A stretch of DNA of 63,570 nt, the filler included, from Thraustochytrium aureum (Eukaryota), in the NCBI GenBank assembly GCA_012862495.1. It is 6 parts of 3 records of this genome, joined end to end, with 100 filler letters (N's around TTAATTAATTAA, not from the genome) between each part and the next. Parts side by side here need not be neighbours in the genome. Positions count along the whole stretch, not along the records: positions 41,359 to 55,584 come from BLSG01000098.1; positions 55,685 to 60,068 come from BLSG01000098.1; 4 more parts are not named here. One strand, given 5' to 3'. Within the stretch, counting starts at the first letter, position 1. Each line of letters begins with the position of its first letter. A program made the position numbers and the translations under genes. Below are positions 47,058 through 59,370 of this stretch, in pieces. The notes under the pieces were generated by a model. The model made no database searches, was not told the DNA's origin, and worked only from the letters and a program-made list of their open reading frames with translations.

Positions 47058-50000
47058 CTCGGAGCGGCTCGCGAGGCTCCGGGCAAGGGTGAAAGAGCAG
47101 CAGGAACAGGCTGATGACGCCGCACAAGTGGTGGATCGAGAGACAGAGGAGTCGGCGAGGGCGAATACGGCAGCGGAAAGACTCGCTGCGCTGAGGGAGA
47201 AGAAGAAGAGGCTGTCGGTGACCAAGTCGCCCGTGGCACGGAACGCCGAGGACAAGAAGAAGCAAGATGCTCAAGCTGCGCCGCAGGGCAAAGATGGCGA
47301 CTCTGACGACGAGGGCGAGACAACCGAGGAGAGCGATCTCGACGAAGAAGGCAAACCGGTGCACAGCGAGGCTTCAAAGCTCAAACCCTTGGGCGACGAT
47401 GGCTACGATCTCCGAGGGATCGTTTTTCGAAAAAGCATCCCTGTGCGCCCGAAGGTCGGTTTGCAGCCAGTCCCCGGCACAATAAGCAGCCGAGTAGACC
47501 CCCACCTTGTCTTCCCACAAGGGGAAACCGGCGCCGCTGCCGCCTCGCGGCGGCGGAGGGCTGTCGTGCAAAATAACATGGCTCTCGCTGGCGCATCGGT
47601 GCAGCTGCGGTGCAAGCCAGGCCAGTCATCTTCCTTCGATGACGAGGACGCGCGCGGGCACGACGAGAGCGGAGCAGCTGTCGTGGGCAGCGAGGAGAGC
47701 GAGCGCCTGGTGGACTCGCGCCTTGATGATCAAGCGGCAATGCTGATGGAGGAAGGTTTTTTCGTGCCCGAGGTACCGCATGGCGTTTCTGCAGCCAACG
47801 TGGCGCGCCTCGAAGACAGGCTTTTGCGCGAGATGGAAGACGAAGTCGTGCGCATGCACGCCAAGCCGGGCGCTGCGAAGGAGAACAGTGCTGGCCATGA
47901 CCTCAACGTGCTGACCTCAGCGAGCGCAAGCTACTGGTTCACCAAAGGCGGAGCTCTCAACGTCGTCGAGGACCCCAGCACGGGCAAGCTGGTTCAACCC
48001 GTGGACGCCGACTCGATCCTGGCGGACAACGAGGCGCTCGAGCGATGCACCACATTTTTAGCCCCACCCACAGCCTCCCTCTCCGGCGCAAATCCCAACG
48101 GAAACGAAACGGCCCACCTCGACGTGACCGTGCACGCAATCGCCTTTGACGACCATCCCCTGTTCATCGAGGAGGACCTCGTTGCGTGCCGGCTACGCGC
48201 CCTTTTCCGCAAGTACCAAACGCGCGCCAAGGAGGGCCTCGTGGACCATTTGACGGCGCACATCAATGCCCTGATCGTGCACGAGGCCACACTACGTGGG
48301 GCCGCCGGGTCCAGCCAAAGCGAGCCAAACGGCGCCTTGGTCGGCGTCCAGCAGCAGATCCTCGACATGTTTTCCAGGCGACTCAGCGAGGAGCTCGAAC
48401 TGCGCGAGTTGGCCCGCGAGACGTACGACCAGTGGATCGAGCTCAAGCGCACTCGCGCAGCGCAGGGCTTTTCCAGCACAAACCTACGGCTGAGCGTTAT
48501 GCGCGTTGAGTCTGCCTACACAGCTGCCCAGCTCGAGGACCAGTACAAGTTCGCGGAGCGCTTGGTGAGCAAGATGGCAAAAACCGCAGAGGACCCAGAC
48601 GCCTCTCTGGTCGCGCACAGCGGCGGGCGCCGCATCACGCGCACCATAGCTGCAAAAGGCAAAAGGACATGCTCAAGCGGTACGCGATGACGCGCCCTGC
48701 TCCAGCCGGTCGATCAAAGTCGAGTAGGAAGAAAAAGCGGCGCTCAAGGAAGACTCGGCAGCAGAGCGAGCCCCGCGAGTCGGACGAGGACGACGACTCG
48801 GACGACGACGCCGTCGCGCAAGGCGACGAGCTCGCCGACGAATACGCCCTTCGGCTCACCGAGGACGGGCCTTACAGCAAGGACGACGAGGTTGACGCCA
48901 AGGAGCTCAGGCGGCGGCGAATGGTCCGGCAGGAGCGCTTGCACGTCAACGTCTTCGTGAACGGGCACAAAGTGGCGCAGACAGCGGAGGCGGCCCTGAG
49001 TTTCCCGGGGTTTACTGCGAGCTGGAAGCGCGTCTTTCGGCTCAAGCTCATGCAGCGGCCTCAGCAGCTGCGGTTCGACATCTGCACGGGCGGCGGCTCC
49101 ATTCTGCCCGGCTCTTCCGTGTTTAACAAGCTGGCCGCCGTGAGCGCGCCTATTCCCGCGTCGCAGTTCTCTGGCGTGCTGGCCCAGGCCGTGAGCGCTG
49201 ACGACCAGTGGCACCAGTTTTGCAGCACCAAGCTGATCCGCTCCTGGCAGTTTGACCGGCCTCGCGCCAAGGCGAGAAACCTTCGAGACATGTACGGCGA
49301 GCAGCTGGCCTCAGACGACATCGTTCCCGGCGCCGCGCACCCGGCCGTGGAAGACAGGTATACCTCGGGGCTCCTCCGATCATGCGTTCAGTGGTCGGCC
49401 CCGCAAACAGGAGCGGCGACCGAGGCCAGCGCGGCGGCCGAGTCGTCTGCTGACGCGGACGTACCGCGCAGGCGGGGCGACCAGGTGGCCCTCCCAGAGT
49501 GGCAGTTGACGCGCAGCAGCCAAAACAGCCGCTTCCTCGGCTCCTTCGCAGGCGACCTCGCCGGCGGCAACAAGAACGGCGGCGGCGGCGGCGTTTCCGC
49601 CGAGTCGGTCGAGTTTGACGACGCGGTGCCCGACTTCGCAAACGAGGTAGACTTTCAGCAGCTCATCGAGCAGCTGCAGGGGCTCGACCCTAACGACCCT
49701 CGGAACGCCGCGGTGCTCCGGCTCTTTGACATCATCAAGTGGTCCTCAAAGCGGGGCGTGCTGTTCCGCGCCGAGTCGCTGCTGAAAGAGGCCTTGTTCC
49801 CCACCGCCAACGCCAACAAGTTTTCCGAGGCGCGTCGAATCGCGCTCCTAAAGCTGCGCAAGGACAAGCCGCACCTATTCCACAGGCCGATTCCGCTGTC
49901 CGAGGAAGAGATCAAAGACGAGGAGGCCTTTCAGACGCTGCTCCTGCCGCCTGAAGCCCAGCTCGAGCTCGATGCCGGCGACGAGAGCGCCTTGTACGCC

Positions 50001-52160
50001 GCGGGCAGGTCCAACTCGGAGGTGATGCGGCTGCAGCGGCAGCAAAAGTCGCGGGTAAACGATTTTCTGCAGCGAGTGCGCGATCTGCAGGCGCAGGGCT
50101 CGCAGAGCACCAGGAGGCGCGACATCCCTCTTGCCAGCATCGTAAAGGAGGGCCCGCTGCCGCAGTTTAACGTCAACATGGACGTGTTTCGCTCCCTGTT
50201 TGAGCCGAGGCGCAAGCTCCGGCCCTCGACCAAGGCACGAAAAGCGGCATCGCTTGGCGTCGACAAGGCTGCCATCTTTGTGCAGGTGGTGCGCGCCTCA
50301 AACGTCCCTGTGCGCCGAAAGGAGGCCGGCGGTGTTTACCCAAGCTCGCCAGGGCGCTCCCCGGGACAGTCTGGCGCTGGGGAGAACGGCGGATCGCCGC
50401 GCGGCGGCGCGATGGGGGCTGCCGCCGGGGCAGCCGGCGCGGCTGGCGGCTCGGACGACGAGGACCTCGAGCAGCTCAACTTGGGGCCGGAGCGCGTCAT
50501 GTCGTTTTGCCAAGTTCGCTTCCAGGGCGCCTCTCGGCGCAGCTCGGCGCAGGAGGCCCGGGCCCCACGTGGAACGAATCGATCTTTCTGCCGTTCATCC
50601 CGCCTCGCAAGGACTTTAGCCCCTCCAACCTCAAGTCGATCTCGGAGCACGTTTGGTTCAACCTCTTCGACGAGGTGATCGTGGAGACCTCAAGCGACGA
50701 CTACCGCACCGAAGACCAGATGTTCCAGCGGCGGGAGCGGCGGTTCCTCGGGAGCTTTAGCATCCCCTTTTCTACGATCTACATGAACGGGCGCGTCGAG
50801 GGCATGTTTCGCGTCAACACGCCCCCAGTGAACCTCGGATACGTTTCACGGTCGCGTGGGGAAACAGGGCAGCGGGAGGATCCAAGGCAGCGACGCGAGC
50901 ATCGCGGCAGTGGCCAACCAGGTTCAGGACGAAGCCGCCAACGCCACGTACGTGTACCTCATGGCGACCCTGGACCCCGTGCTGGCCACTGCTGGCGACG
51001 AGAGCGACAGCCAGATGGGCTCTGGCGAAAACCCCAAAGTGATGCGCTACGGCAAGCAGTGGCTCAAGGCCGTGCAGGCCAAGGCGGCGCCGCGCCCCAA
51101 CGGCGCGGCAAACCTGCAGGTCTTTGGCAACAGCATCAACGGCGACGCGGTGTTCGCCCCACGGTTCATCACGCCGCAGGTGCCCCCTCCGGGCCGCGAC
51201 GGCCTGGAGCTTGGCAACATCGCAAGCCTAGTGCGGTTCGTGTCCCTAGTCCCTTTCCTCGAGGACTGGCAAGCCTTTGTTGAGGGCGGCAACGACATTT
51301 GGAGCACCTCGCAGCAGTTCCTGGACATTTCTGCGGGGGACTGGGAAGAGCACGCTATTCTGCTGTGCAACTACTTGAAGTGGCTCTTCAGGGGCCGCCA
51401 GGGCGTGGAGGCGTACATCGTCATGGGGCGTGGGATCCCAGAGGGCAACACCATTTATGTCCTGCTTGTCGACACGAACGACGCGATCCGGCTCTTATTC
51501 AACGCTTCGTCGGGCAGTGGCTATCTGACCTCAGACAAGAGCTGCCCGCTTCGCCAGGTCGACCTCGTGATCAGCGACCGCAACATTTGGGCCAACATTC
51601 AACCCGCGGTGCAGCCGGACAAGCTGCGATGGGATTTCGAGAACGCCAAGGACTGGCACCCGTTCTGGACGGATCGCGTGCCGCGCATCGACATGCCGTC
51701 TGTGCAGTCTGAGCTTTTGGGATACGAGCGGCTCGACCGCAAGTTTGTCTCCTACCTCGAGGGCGAGATCTCAGACCAGGTCCAGAAGGCCGTGCGCCGG
51801 TGGCGCGCCAAGCGCGGCACGACGCGATTCAACAAGATCGTGGGCCGCAAGCTTCGAACTTTGCTCGAGTCGCTCGAGGAGCGCAAGCTGGGGGTCGCAG
51901 AGGGGCGCGCCAACAGCGCTGCGCAAGAGCACTTTGACGCCTTGCGGGACGTCATGGCGAGCAACTACCTGTTTGGGTTTCCCATCAACATGACCTTTAC
52001 CGAGATCGACGCCGTCCTGAATGCGGTGCGCAATACCGACATCCACAACACCGCGGTGGAGAATACGACGTTTGCGCTGGGCGTCCTCGTGGTCCCGTAT
52101 ACCAACAAGGTGTTCTCAGTCTGGGTGTACATTTCAACGCTCACAAGCGTGAGGTTCTAG
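47058..52160 (+). CDS. CC2D2A: Ciliary transition-zone protein CC2D2A (MKS6); start in or before the gap, frameshifts near 48660, 50560 and 50860-50890
   Basis: FDDHPLFIEED, RAAQGFSST, DPNDPRN, FEPRRKLRP, C2 domain (VQVVRASNVPVR; WFNLFDE; FLGSFSIPFSTIY) and a transglutaminase-like CEP76 tail (RFVSLVPF; FLDISAGDWEEHAILLCNY; NIWANIQ; SVWVY). Confidence 0.93.
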
Positions 52161-52340
52161 CCCTGTCAAGCCGCGGCCGTTCTCTCCCCCCTCCCCCGTT
52201 TGGTTAACACGGATGCGGACTGAGATTGGCGGTGAGGCCTGGGATTGGCGGCGAGCTCGTCGTGCCGGCCCATCCGCATGTGCAATGTACTAGTACAGCA
52301 AATTCGCTTTGGACAACTCTATCGATTGCAATCCTGCAAG

Positions 52341-54488
52341 TCAGATCGCAAGACACAAATGCAGCTTTTGCTCCCGCAAAAGGCGCAAAGGATTTTCAAT
52401 CACCACGATGCGAACACGGGCAGGGTCGCCCGCACAGTACACGCGATAAATGTCATAGTTGACACTTGCCCCGCCGTTTCGGGAGAAAAAATCCCACTCG
52501 TCCACCGAGAGCTCAAAGGCGTTCTTGTCCGCGAAGCGCGAGGTCTTGACCTCTACGAAGCGCGAGTTGCGAAAGGAGTTGGTGCTTGCTTCGATGAGGT
52601 GCAGGTCGTAGCTGGCTCGAGATTCGGCGTGCTCGTTGAGCCAGCGCACGTTCCACCCGGGCATTGTCGATGAAAGGTAATTGTACACGAGAGCCTCGCC
52701 CCAGCGGCCCACCTCTCGCGCGTCCCGGCGATTTAGCACCGCAAGGCTGGGCAGATATGGGGCCAGCTGCGCGGTGGCGATCTCGCGCGCAACCGCCGGC
52801 CGCGCGAGGTGCGGGAGGTCGTCTCGTAGCAAAGCTTTTTGCCGAGTTGGGCCTCTTGCCCGGCCGGCATCTCGTCGCTAGGCGGGCGCTTCAAGCTGCG
52901 GGCCGGCAGATCTGCGCGGTCAGTGCCTCGAGGTTGCGGCGAGCTCTGGCCGCCCTTCGCGACTTTGCTCAGCGAGCTCGGCGGCGCGGAGGGCTCTGCT
53001 TCCTCCGTACTGATTGCCTCCACGGNNNNNNNNNNNNNNNNNNNNNNNNNNNNNNNNNNNNNNNNNNNNNNNNNNNNNNNNNNNNNNNNNNNNNNNNNNN
53101 NNNNNNNNNNNNNNNNNNNNNNNNNNNNNNNNNNNNNNNNNNNNNNNNNNNNNNNNNNNNNNNNNNNNNNNNNNNNNNNNNNNNNNNNNNNNNNNNNNNN
53201 NNNNNNNNNNNNNNNNNNNNNNNNNNNNNNNNNNNNNNNNNNNNNNNNNNNNNNNNNNNNNNNNNNNNNNNNNNNNNNNNNNNNNNNNNNNNNNNNNNNN
53301 NNNNNNNNNNNNNNNNNNNNNNNNNNNNNNNNNNNNNNNNNNNNNNNNNNNNNNNNNNNNNNNNNNNNNNNNNNNNNNNNNNNNNNNNNNNNNNNNNNNN
53401 NNNNNNNNNNGGCGGCGGATTTGACGTCGTCCTCCCCCCCCCCTCTCCCTCCTCCTCCTCCTCCGCGGCAGCGTTCTCGTCGTCGTTCGCCTCCTGCTGC
53501 TCTTGCTCGAAGCGTTTTGCCCTTGCTTTGGACGAGCCCAGTGCCAGAAGCAGGTGCTCAGCCGCGACGTCCAAGAGAACGGCCCGCGAAACGTTCGACT
53601 TGGTCTCGAGGGCTTGCCGGAGCTTGGCAAAGGAGGGCGGGAAGGGGGAATCTAGGGCCTGCTCCGCGGCCACGACGAGTGCCCTTACCGACGCGTTGCT
53701 CGAAGGGCACCGAAGCTTGGGCACCTTGCCGAAGCTCGCCTTTGGCCGGCGCGGGGGCGCGGCGTCAGCCAGGTCCGGGGCATCCCGGGCCTGCTGCGCC
53801 GCCGGAGGGGCAGTATTGTGTCTGCTTGCTCGAGCCCACTCTGCCGCAAGGACATGGACTGCCCGCGGGTCAACGAACAGCCCGAGGTGCGGAAGGCTGG
53901 CCACGCCGTTCGAGCGACACAACCGAGTCACAAGCGCATCCACGCTCTCCCCTGGCGGACCCAGGCTCTCGAGCACAGCCGCGCTTGAGAGTGGGCGCGA
54001 TCCCGCCCGAAGGGAAAGTACGGTGCAAGCAACGGGTGGCGCCAAAGCGGCCCAAGGCCAAACTCGTCAAAGGTGGCCACCGCCTCGGCTACTCCCGAGC
54101 CATTGCCCTGCTCGTAGCCGGGCCGGGCCTCGGCCAGCTCGATTTCGTGCGGGTCTCTGGCCACCTCAAGGGCCCGTCTCTGGGCGCCAGCAAGCGTCGG
54201 CACGCAGTGCCTGTTCAGCAGCGCGGCGGCGTCCTTCTCAAGGTCGACGACCGCGAGCACAGGCCTGGACCTGACCGCGCACACCAGGAACGCATCAAGT
54301 CTCAACTGGACCTCGCACAGGTACGCCAGGCAGGCGGGCAGCGCGCCAGGTCGGCCCATAAGCCCTGGCACGCCGAAGGCGCCGCCTGGGCAGCAAGCCA
54401 CGACCGCGTCGGCCGTCACGAAATCGCCATGCGCCGCGACTGTCGAAGCCGCTTCGAACAGCTTCGCCTCCAACTCGAGCGACGCCAT
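52341..54488 (-). CDS. NO VEIN-like protein with a C-terminal DUF3883 PD-(D/E)xK nuclease-like domain; gap and two frameshifts
   Basis: N-terminal LDAFL....R.VL.V.DLE and FDEFGLGPLWRHP; C-terminal GRWGEALVYNYL, WLNEHAE...YDL, FVEVKTS, FELSVDEW and YDIYRV. Confidence 0.75.
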
Positions 54489-54549
54489 CGCGCACGCCAG
54501 CCCGAAGCGCGTCTGCCACCCCCCGCTGTCCAGCAACACACGCACCCCC

Positions 54550-54890
54550 CAACAACGGCACTTTCCAGGGAAAACGGATCTATTCGTAGTCGCCAACAAC
54601 GGCACGTTCCATAGATAACGGATCTGCTTGTAATCGCCAACAACGGCACGCTCCATAGATAACGGATCTATTCGTAGTCGCCGACAACGGCACGATCCAT
54701 AGATAACGGATCTACACGTAGTCTCCGACAGCGTGCACGAACAACGGATTTACAGCAAACGTACCGGTAGGTAGGTATCTTTCCAAAAACAAAGGATCTG
54801 TCCGTAGCCGCCCCTTTCGGCGCTATTCCATTACAAACGGATCTATCCGTGGTAATCGCATCTCTTTTCCATCTACAACGGAGCTATCCG
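54550..54890. repeat. 44-bp tandem repeat x4 plus degenerate copies
   Basis: Units start at 54550, 54594, 54638 and 54682 (consensus CAACAACGGCACGNTCCATAGATAACGGATCTATTCGTAGTCGC); the core recurs near 54781, 54826 and 54867. Confidence 0.92.
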
Positions 54891-55225
54891 ATTCTAGCGG
54901 TAAGTACGCTCTGCAACGGAACTACGCCAGAACAATGGCCGAGTACACACCCTCACTTCGAGGTGCGCTGATGAGACATTGGTGCTCATCATCATCATCG
55001 TCTTCGAAAGTTGAACTGTCGCGCGTCGCAAGGCATCCCCGGGTCTCTCAGGCTCGCGCGCAGCGAACTCCGGCTGATCAGGGCTAGCCTGCACCTTGCC
55101 TGCACCCTGCCTGCACCCTGCCTTCTTGCCAGCAGACTGACTCGACCGCGCGAGCCGCCGCGTGCTGGGCCTGCAAGGCGTTGCCGAGTCAGCTGCGCTT
55201 TGCCGCTCCCGCTGCAGACCGCGAG

Positions 55226-55584
55226 ATGAGCTTGCCTGAAGTGCCGTCGAGGCACTTTGCCGCCTTCAAGGCGGACCTCGTGAAGCAGCTGCCCGACGGG
55301 CTCGGCGGCAAGGTGTACGCGATCACGGGCACGACGTCCGGCACCGGGTTCGTGGCCGCGCGCGTCGTGGCGGAGCTCGGCGGGACGGTGCTGCTCTTGA
55401 ACCGCGCGTCGAGCCGCGCCGACAAGAGCCTCGAGGAGCTCCAGGCGGCTGTGCCCGAGGGCAAGTTTGTGCCGATCGAGTGGACCTGCAAGACTTTGCC
55501 TCGGTGCGCGCCGCAGCGGAGAGAATCAAGACCGAGTACGAGGCCCTCGACTGCCTTGCATGCAACGCTGGCGTGATGGGGCTC
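55226..55584 (+). CDS. Classical SDR (retinol dehydrogenase/WWOX-like), 3'-truncated, frameshift near 55482
   Basis: GKVYAITGTTSGTG...LLLNR, then DLQDFASVRAAA...LDCLACNAGVM in the shifted frame. Confidence 0.88.
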
Positions 55585-55684
55585 NNNNNNNNNNNNNNNN
55601 NNNNNNNNNNNNNNNNNNNNNNNNNNNNTTAATTAATTAANNNNNNNNNNNNNNNNNNNNNNNNNNNNNNNNNNNNNNNNNNNN
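55585..55684. other. Artificial scaffold linker
   Basis: N44-TTAATTAATTAA-N44. Confidence 0.97.
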
Positions 55685-55810
55685 TCTAGGTGCTGGGATC
55701 GCGGGAACGCGCAGGGTTTGGCTGGGAACCGCGCCAAGTGGCCAGTCGGTTGAGAACTTCCCTCTCTAGGGTGCTGGGATCGCGGGAACGCGCAGGGTCT
55801 GGCTGGGAAC
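55685..55810. repeat. ~46-bp direct repeat x2
   Basis: TCTAGG(G)TGCTGGGATCGCGGGAACGCGCAGGGTYTGGCTGGGAAC at about 55685 and 55765. Confidence 0.88.
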
Positions 55811-55886
55811 GAGGCGTGCCCAGGACGCAGGACAACAGACCCCGAACAAGGAACAGCAGGGGCGCGCGGATCGGGGCGATGCTGGT

Positions 55887-56120
55887 CGCATTCGCTGACG
55901 TGCAGGTCGCATGTAGGTTGGCCGTCTGGTTTGCACGTAGATGAAAGCAGACGACGGCGCTGCTTCTTGCCGCATCCGCTGACGTGCCGGTCGCATGTAG
56001 GCTCGGCGCTGCTTCTTGCCGCATTCGCTGACGTGCAGGTCGCACGTAGGCTGGCCGTCTGGTTTGCACGTAGATAAAAGCAGACGACGGCGCTGCTTCC
56101 TCCCGCATTCGCTGACGTTT
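55887..56120. repeat. Composite tandem repeat, 84/49/84 bp plus a partial unit
   Basis: Units begin CGCATYCGCTGACGT at 55887, 55971, 56020 and 56104; the 49-bp unit is an internally deleted version of the 84-bp unit. Confidence 0.9.
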
Positions 56121-56166
56121 AGGCCGCCGCGCAGTTCGGCAAGCTGGCGGGGCGTGGGAGCAGGCC

Positions 56167-56574
56167 ATGGGGAAAACGCGGCTCGAGGTGGGGCCAGCGG
56201 CGTTTGAGGTGGCCGGACACGGACATGTCGAGTGCGACGAGGTCGCGACGTTTGAACTAGTGGCGGTCGGCCGCGTCGTGAGGTGCTCGATTGCTTTCAA
56301 GTTTGACTTTGAGCGGTTTGACCTTGCTTTGCAGTTTGAGCGGGACGGAGAGGCCGCCCAGGCCTGCAAAGCGCTCCACGGGGCCTTCGGGGAGCGCGGG
56401 AAAGGCTCTGCGTGCATCGCTGCGTCAATGGGCGACGTCAGCGCGCAGGAGATCGCCTCCGTGTTGCTCGACCCGGAATTCCCCAGGGTGCTCGGAGCAG
56501 TGCAGCGCGTGATGGCGCTTGCAGGAGACGCCGCTCGCAGCTCGACGCGCCCGCGCGGCAGTGCTTTTAGCTAA
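56167..56574 (+). CDS. REC114/PHS1-like meiotic protein (tentative)
   Basis: Beta-rich PH-like N-terminus ending LALQFE...EA..AC..L, and C-terminal IASVLLDPEFPRVLGAVQRVM resembling the REC114 motif L.D.NFP.FV..VE..L. Confidence 0.5.
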   Translation: MGKTRLEVGPAAFEVAGHGHVECDEVATFELVAVGRVVRCSIAFKFDFERFDLALQFERDGEAAQACKALHGAFGERGKGSACIAASMGDVSAQEIASVLLDPEFPRVLGAVQRVMALAGDAARSSTRPRGSAFS

Positions 56575-59370
56575 CAAAGGCTCGACTTTCGCACCTTCCC
56601 TGCCCGCGCGAAAAGTGCGCGGTCCAACCCCCGGCTGCACGTTGCTCCCTCACAAGTCGGCAGGTCTACTATCGTGCGTGTTTCCTTGATAGTTGTGCGT
56701 GTTGATACGAATTTGATTCGCGAGAGTCGCAGCGGCGGGAGAAACGCAAACCCGCCGGGCGACCAGCCACGGGCACCCGCGACGCGATGCTCGCGAGTCG
56801 TGACGAGTGGCAAAGCAACCTGCCTCCTCTGCCTGCCTGCCCGTGCATGCATTGCGCGATCATTCGCATCGGTGACTCCATGGACAAAAAACCAGAGACC
56901 AGCCCTGCGAGAGGTCTCCGACGCGTCACGCCTGATCAGGAGCGCGCCGTCATCCTCGGCGAACCATTCGTTCTGCCAGGTTGGTGTCCCACCGCGCCAC
57001 GTGCGCGCCGCCGCGCCGCGCTGGACTTGCTGGGGCACACTGCCATCGGGGATCCATCTACTTGGTCACCTTCCTACCGCCGCCAAGGTGGGGTTGATCG
57101 CACTGAGGAGCTCCAGCGAGACTCCCACGAGCCGGCGATCTTGGTGCCAACCCGCCCAGGCAGCCGCAGCCGCAGCCGCAGCCGCAGCCGCAGCACCAGC
57201 AGCAGCAGCACTGGCAGCGCTGGCAGACGGCCTGCGTGAAGCAGCAGCGGCCGATTGCCGCAGACGGCGTCGACCTCGGTCGCAAGCGAGGTGCGCGGGA
57301 GGCAACGAGCTTTTGAACAGTTCAGATGCGGCGTGTCATCGCTGTCGCCGCGCTGGCGAGTACGCCCGAGGGCTACCAGTTCCGTGGCGCGCGCCAGGCC
57401 CGTTCCCCTCGTCCATCCCACGGCGGCTCTGGCCGAGGGAGGCGCAAGTACTCGGATTTCCTTCTGCTGCGGTGCGCACGGCCCGTACCTACCTGGCTTG
57501 GGCGCCGAGATTTGAGACCTCCTGGGCTGCCCTGGCCTGGCGGCAGAACGTGCCAGGCCAGGAATTTGACCGTGCAGGCGCTCCCAGGGCTCAGCAGCGC
57601 AAGCGGGCCCTGCAGAGAGCGAGGCTCTGCTGCTTCCCGGAGTGCGATTTGTCGCATCGTGACATCGATGTGCGCCCGTAACTGCTCTACCAGCTCAAGC
57701 ACTTGCCGCCGTGGGACGCAACGGCGGCGGGACGGCCGGACAAGCAGGGCGTCAATCAACTCACGATCACCCAGGCAGGCTCCACCTCCTCTTCTTGCCT
57801 TCCTCCTGCTCTGCTCGCCCTCGGAGGACGGATGGATCTGTGGCCTGTGCTGCTAGTGATGGACCACGGCCAACGCACCCGCGCCTGTACGTCTCGGCAG
57901 CTGGAGCTTTGCGTCGCACTCGTGCGTGGGTGGACTCGCAGCAAGTCAAGGCCGAGGGAAATGCCTTACCACTTCCCAGGCGACCCTTGAGTACGCAGTT
58001 CGTCCGAGCCACGTTTGTGGGGCTCAAACTGGCTCGCTTCCGCGCCGTCAAGTCCCGGCACAGCAGCGGAAAGCACCTCGAAGCTCCCGCGCTGCTGCCT
58101 TCCTTGTGCTTCCTGGCCTCCTTCCTCCGAGCCTCGGCGGCTGGAGACGCGAAAGCGAGCTCGAGCAACACCATCATGTCGGGAGGCGCACGCATGCAGG
58201 CGGGCAGGAGGCTCAGGAGCAGCCAGGGCGGCAACCAATCAATCGAGCGACCGGGCGCCGGCGGGCTAGCGCCGTCAGCGAGGAGTGGAGAGTTGTCGAG
58301 GTACCTACTCTACTCTGCTCTCCTCACTCTACTCGCTCCACTCGCCTCGCCCGCCCTTCGTCAGAATGTGGCACACTCTGCGCCAGAACAACCCTCGGAG
58401 GTTACTTCGAGCACGCCGGTGTATCCTTGCCGCCATTGAGCGCGGCTTGCGCTCGACAGTGTCGACGAGGACGACAAAGCCATTGCCTTTTGGCCCCGGG
58501 GGTCAGCAGGGTTGGATAGGTAGGTGCACGACTTCCTTCGATGAGGAGCTTGGCTGGGAAGGGTTGTATGTGCTTGGCGCGGGCCGCGCTGGCTGACCTG
58601 GCGTCGCCCGTCGCCGTCGGCGGACTGCGTGGCGGTCCTTGCGTTGTCGGTCCGAGTTTTTGGCTCAAGGTAGCGCATCCGCTGGACTTTGAGACGAAAT
58701 GGATGTCAATGGCCCGACACCGGGCCCGCCAACGTGCCCAGCGCGATCGCGCATCGAAGCGCTGTGGTGCTGGAATCGCTGCTGGTCAACGTTCCGGCAG
58801 CAGCTGACAACGATGTGAAGCCAGGATCGCGCCCTCTGGGAATCTGGTCGAAGGTTTTTGTTGGTTTTGGGTTGACCAGCGAACTTGTTGGCTGGGTGCG
58901 TGCGAGTTGAGGCCAGAGGTCGTCCCAACTCGAACAGAGGTTGAGAGCATCGAATCAAAGAGTTCCTTCCCCCTTCGCTCATTGAAGGGGCTCGAGGCGC
59001 GGCCAAGCTGCTTCCCGACTTTGCCGGGTGCTGGCCTGCAGGCAGTGAGGTGGAGATTTTGTAGGATTGCCTCGTACTTTCGCCGCCAACGTTGCGCATG
59101 GGAACGGCGGACTTGACAACCCGCTGATGAGTAGGAAGACTCTTGCTGGAGGAGTAACTCTGCTACACAGGCCGAGCATCCATCCGGTTGTGCAAAAGCG
59201 AGATCGGGGCGGCCACGGACTGCAGCAAACCCCCAACCGAAGACAGCAGCAACAACAACAACAGCAGCCGCAGCATCATCAACATCAGCAAGAACAGCCA
59301 AAAGCAGCAAAGCCAAAAGCAGCAACGCAAAGCGAAGAAGCAAGAGGACTACCAAGAGCAAACCACCAAG

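Noticed and set aside
54550..54890. CRISPR or TIGR-type guide array next to a nuclease
   Set aside because: Units are near-identical along their length with no unique spacers, and there is no cas or Nop-domain gene. Kept only as a dyad tandem array.
55887..56120. CRISPR-like repeat-spacer array
   Set aside because: The apparent spacers are copies of one another; this is a minisatellite.
56600..58900. Possible gene(s) including a poly-Ala GCA/GCC tract and a GT..AG segment at 58301-58364
   Set aside because: No consistent frame or recognisable motif on either strand, so I cannot support a call.
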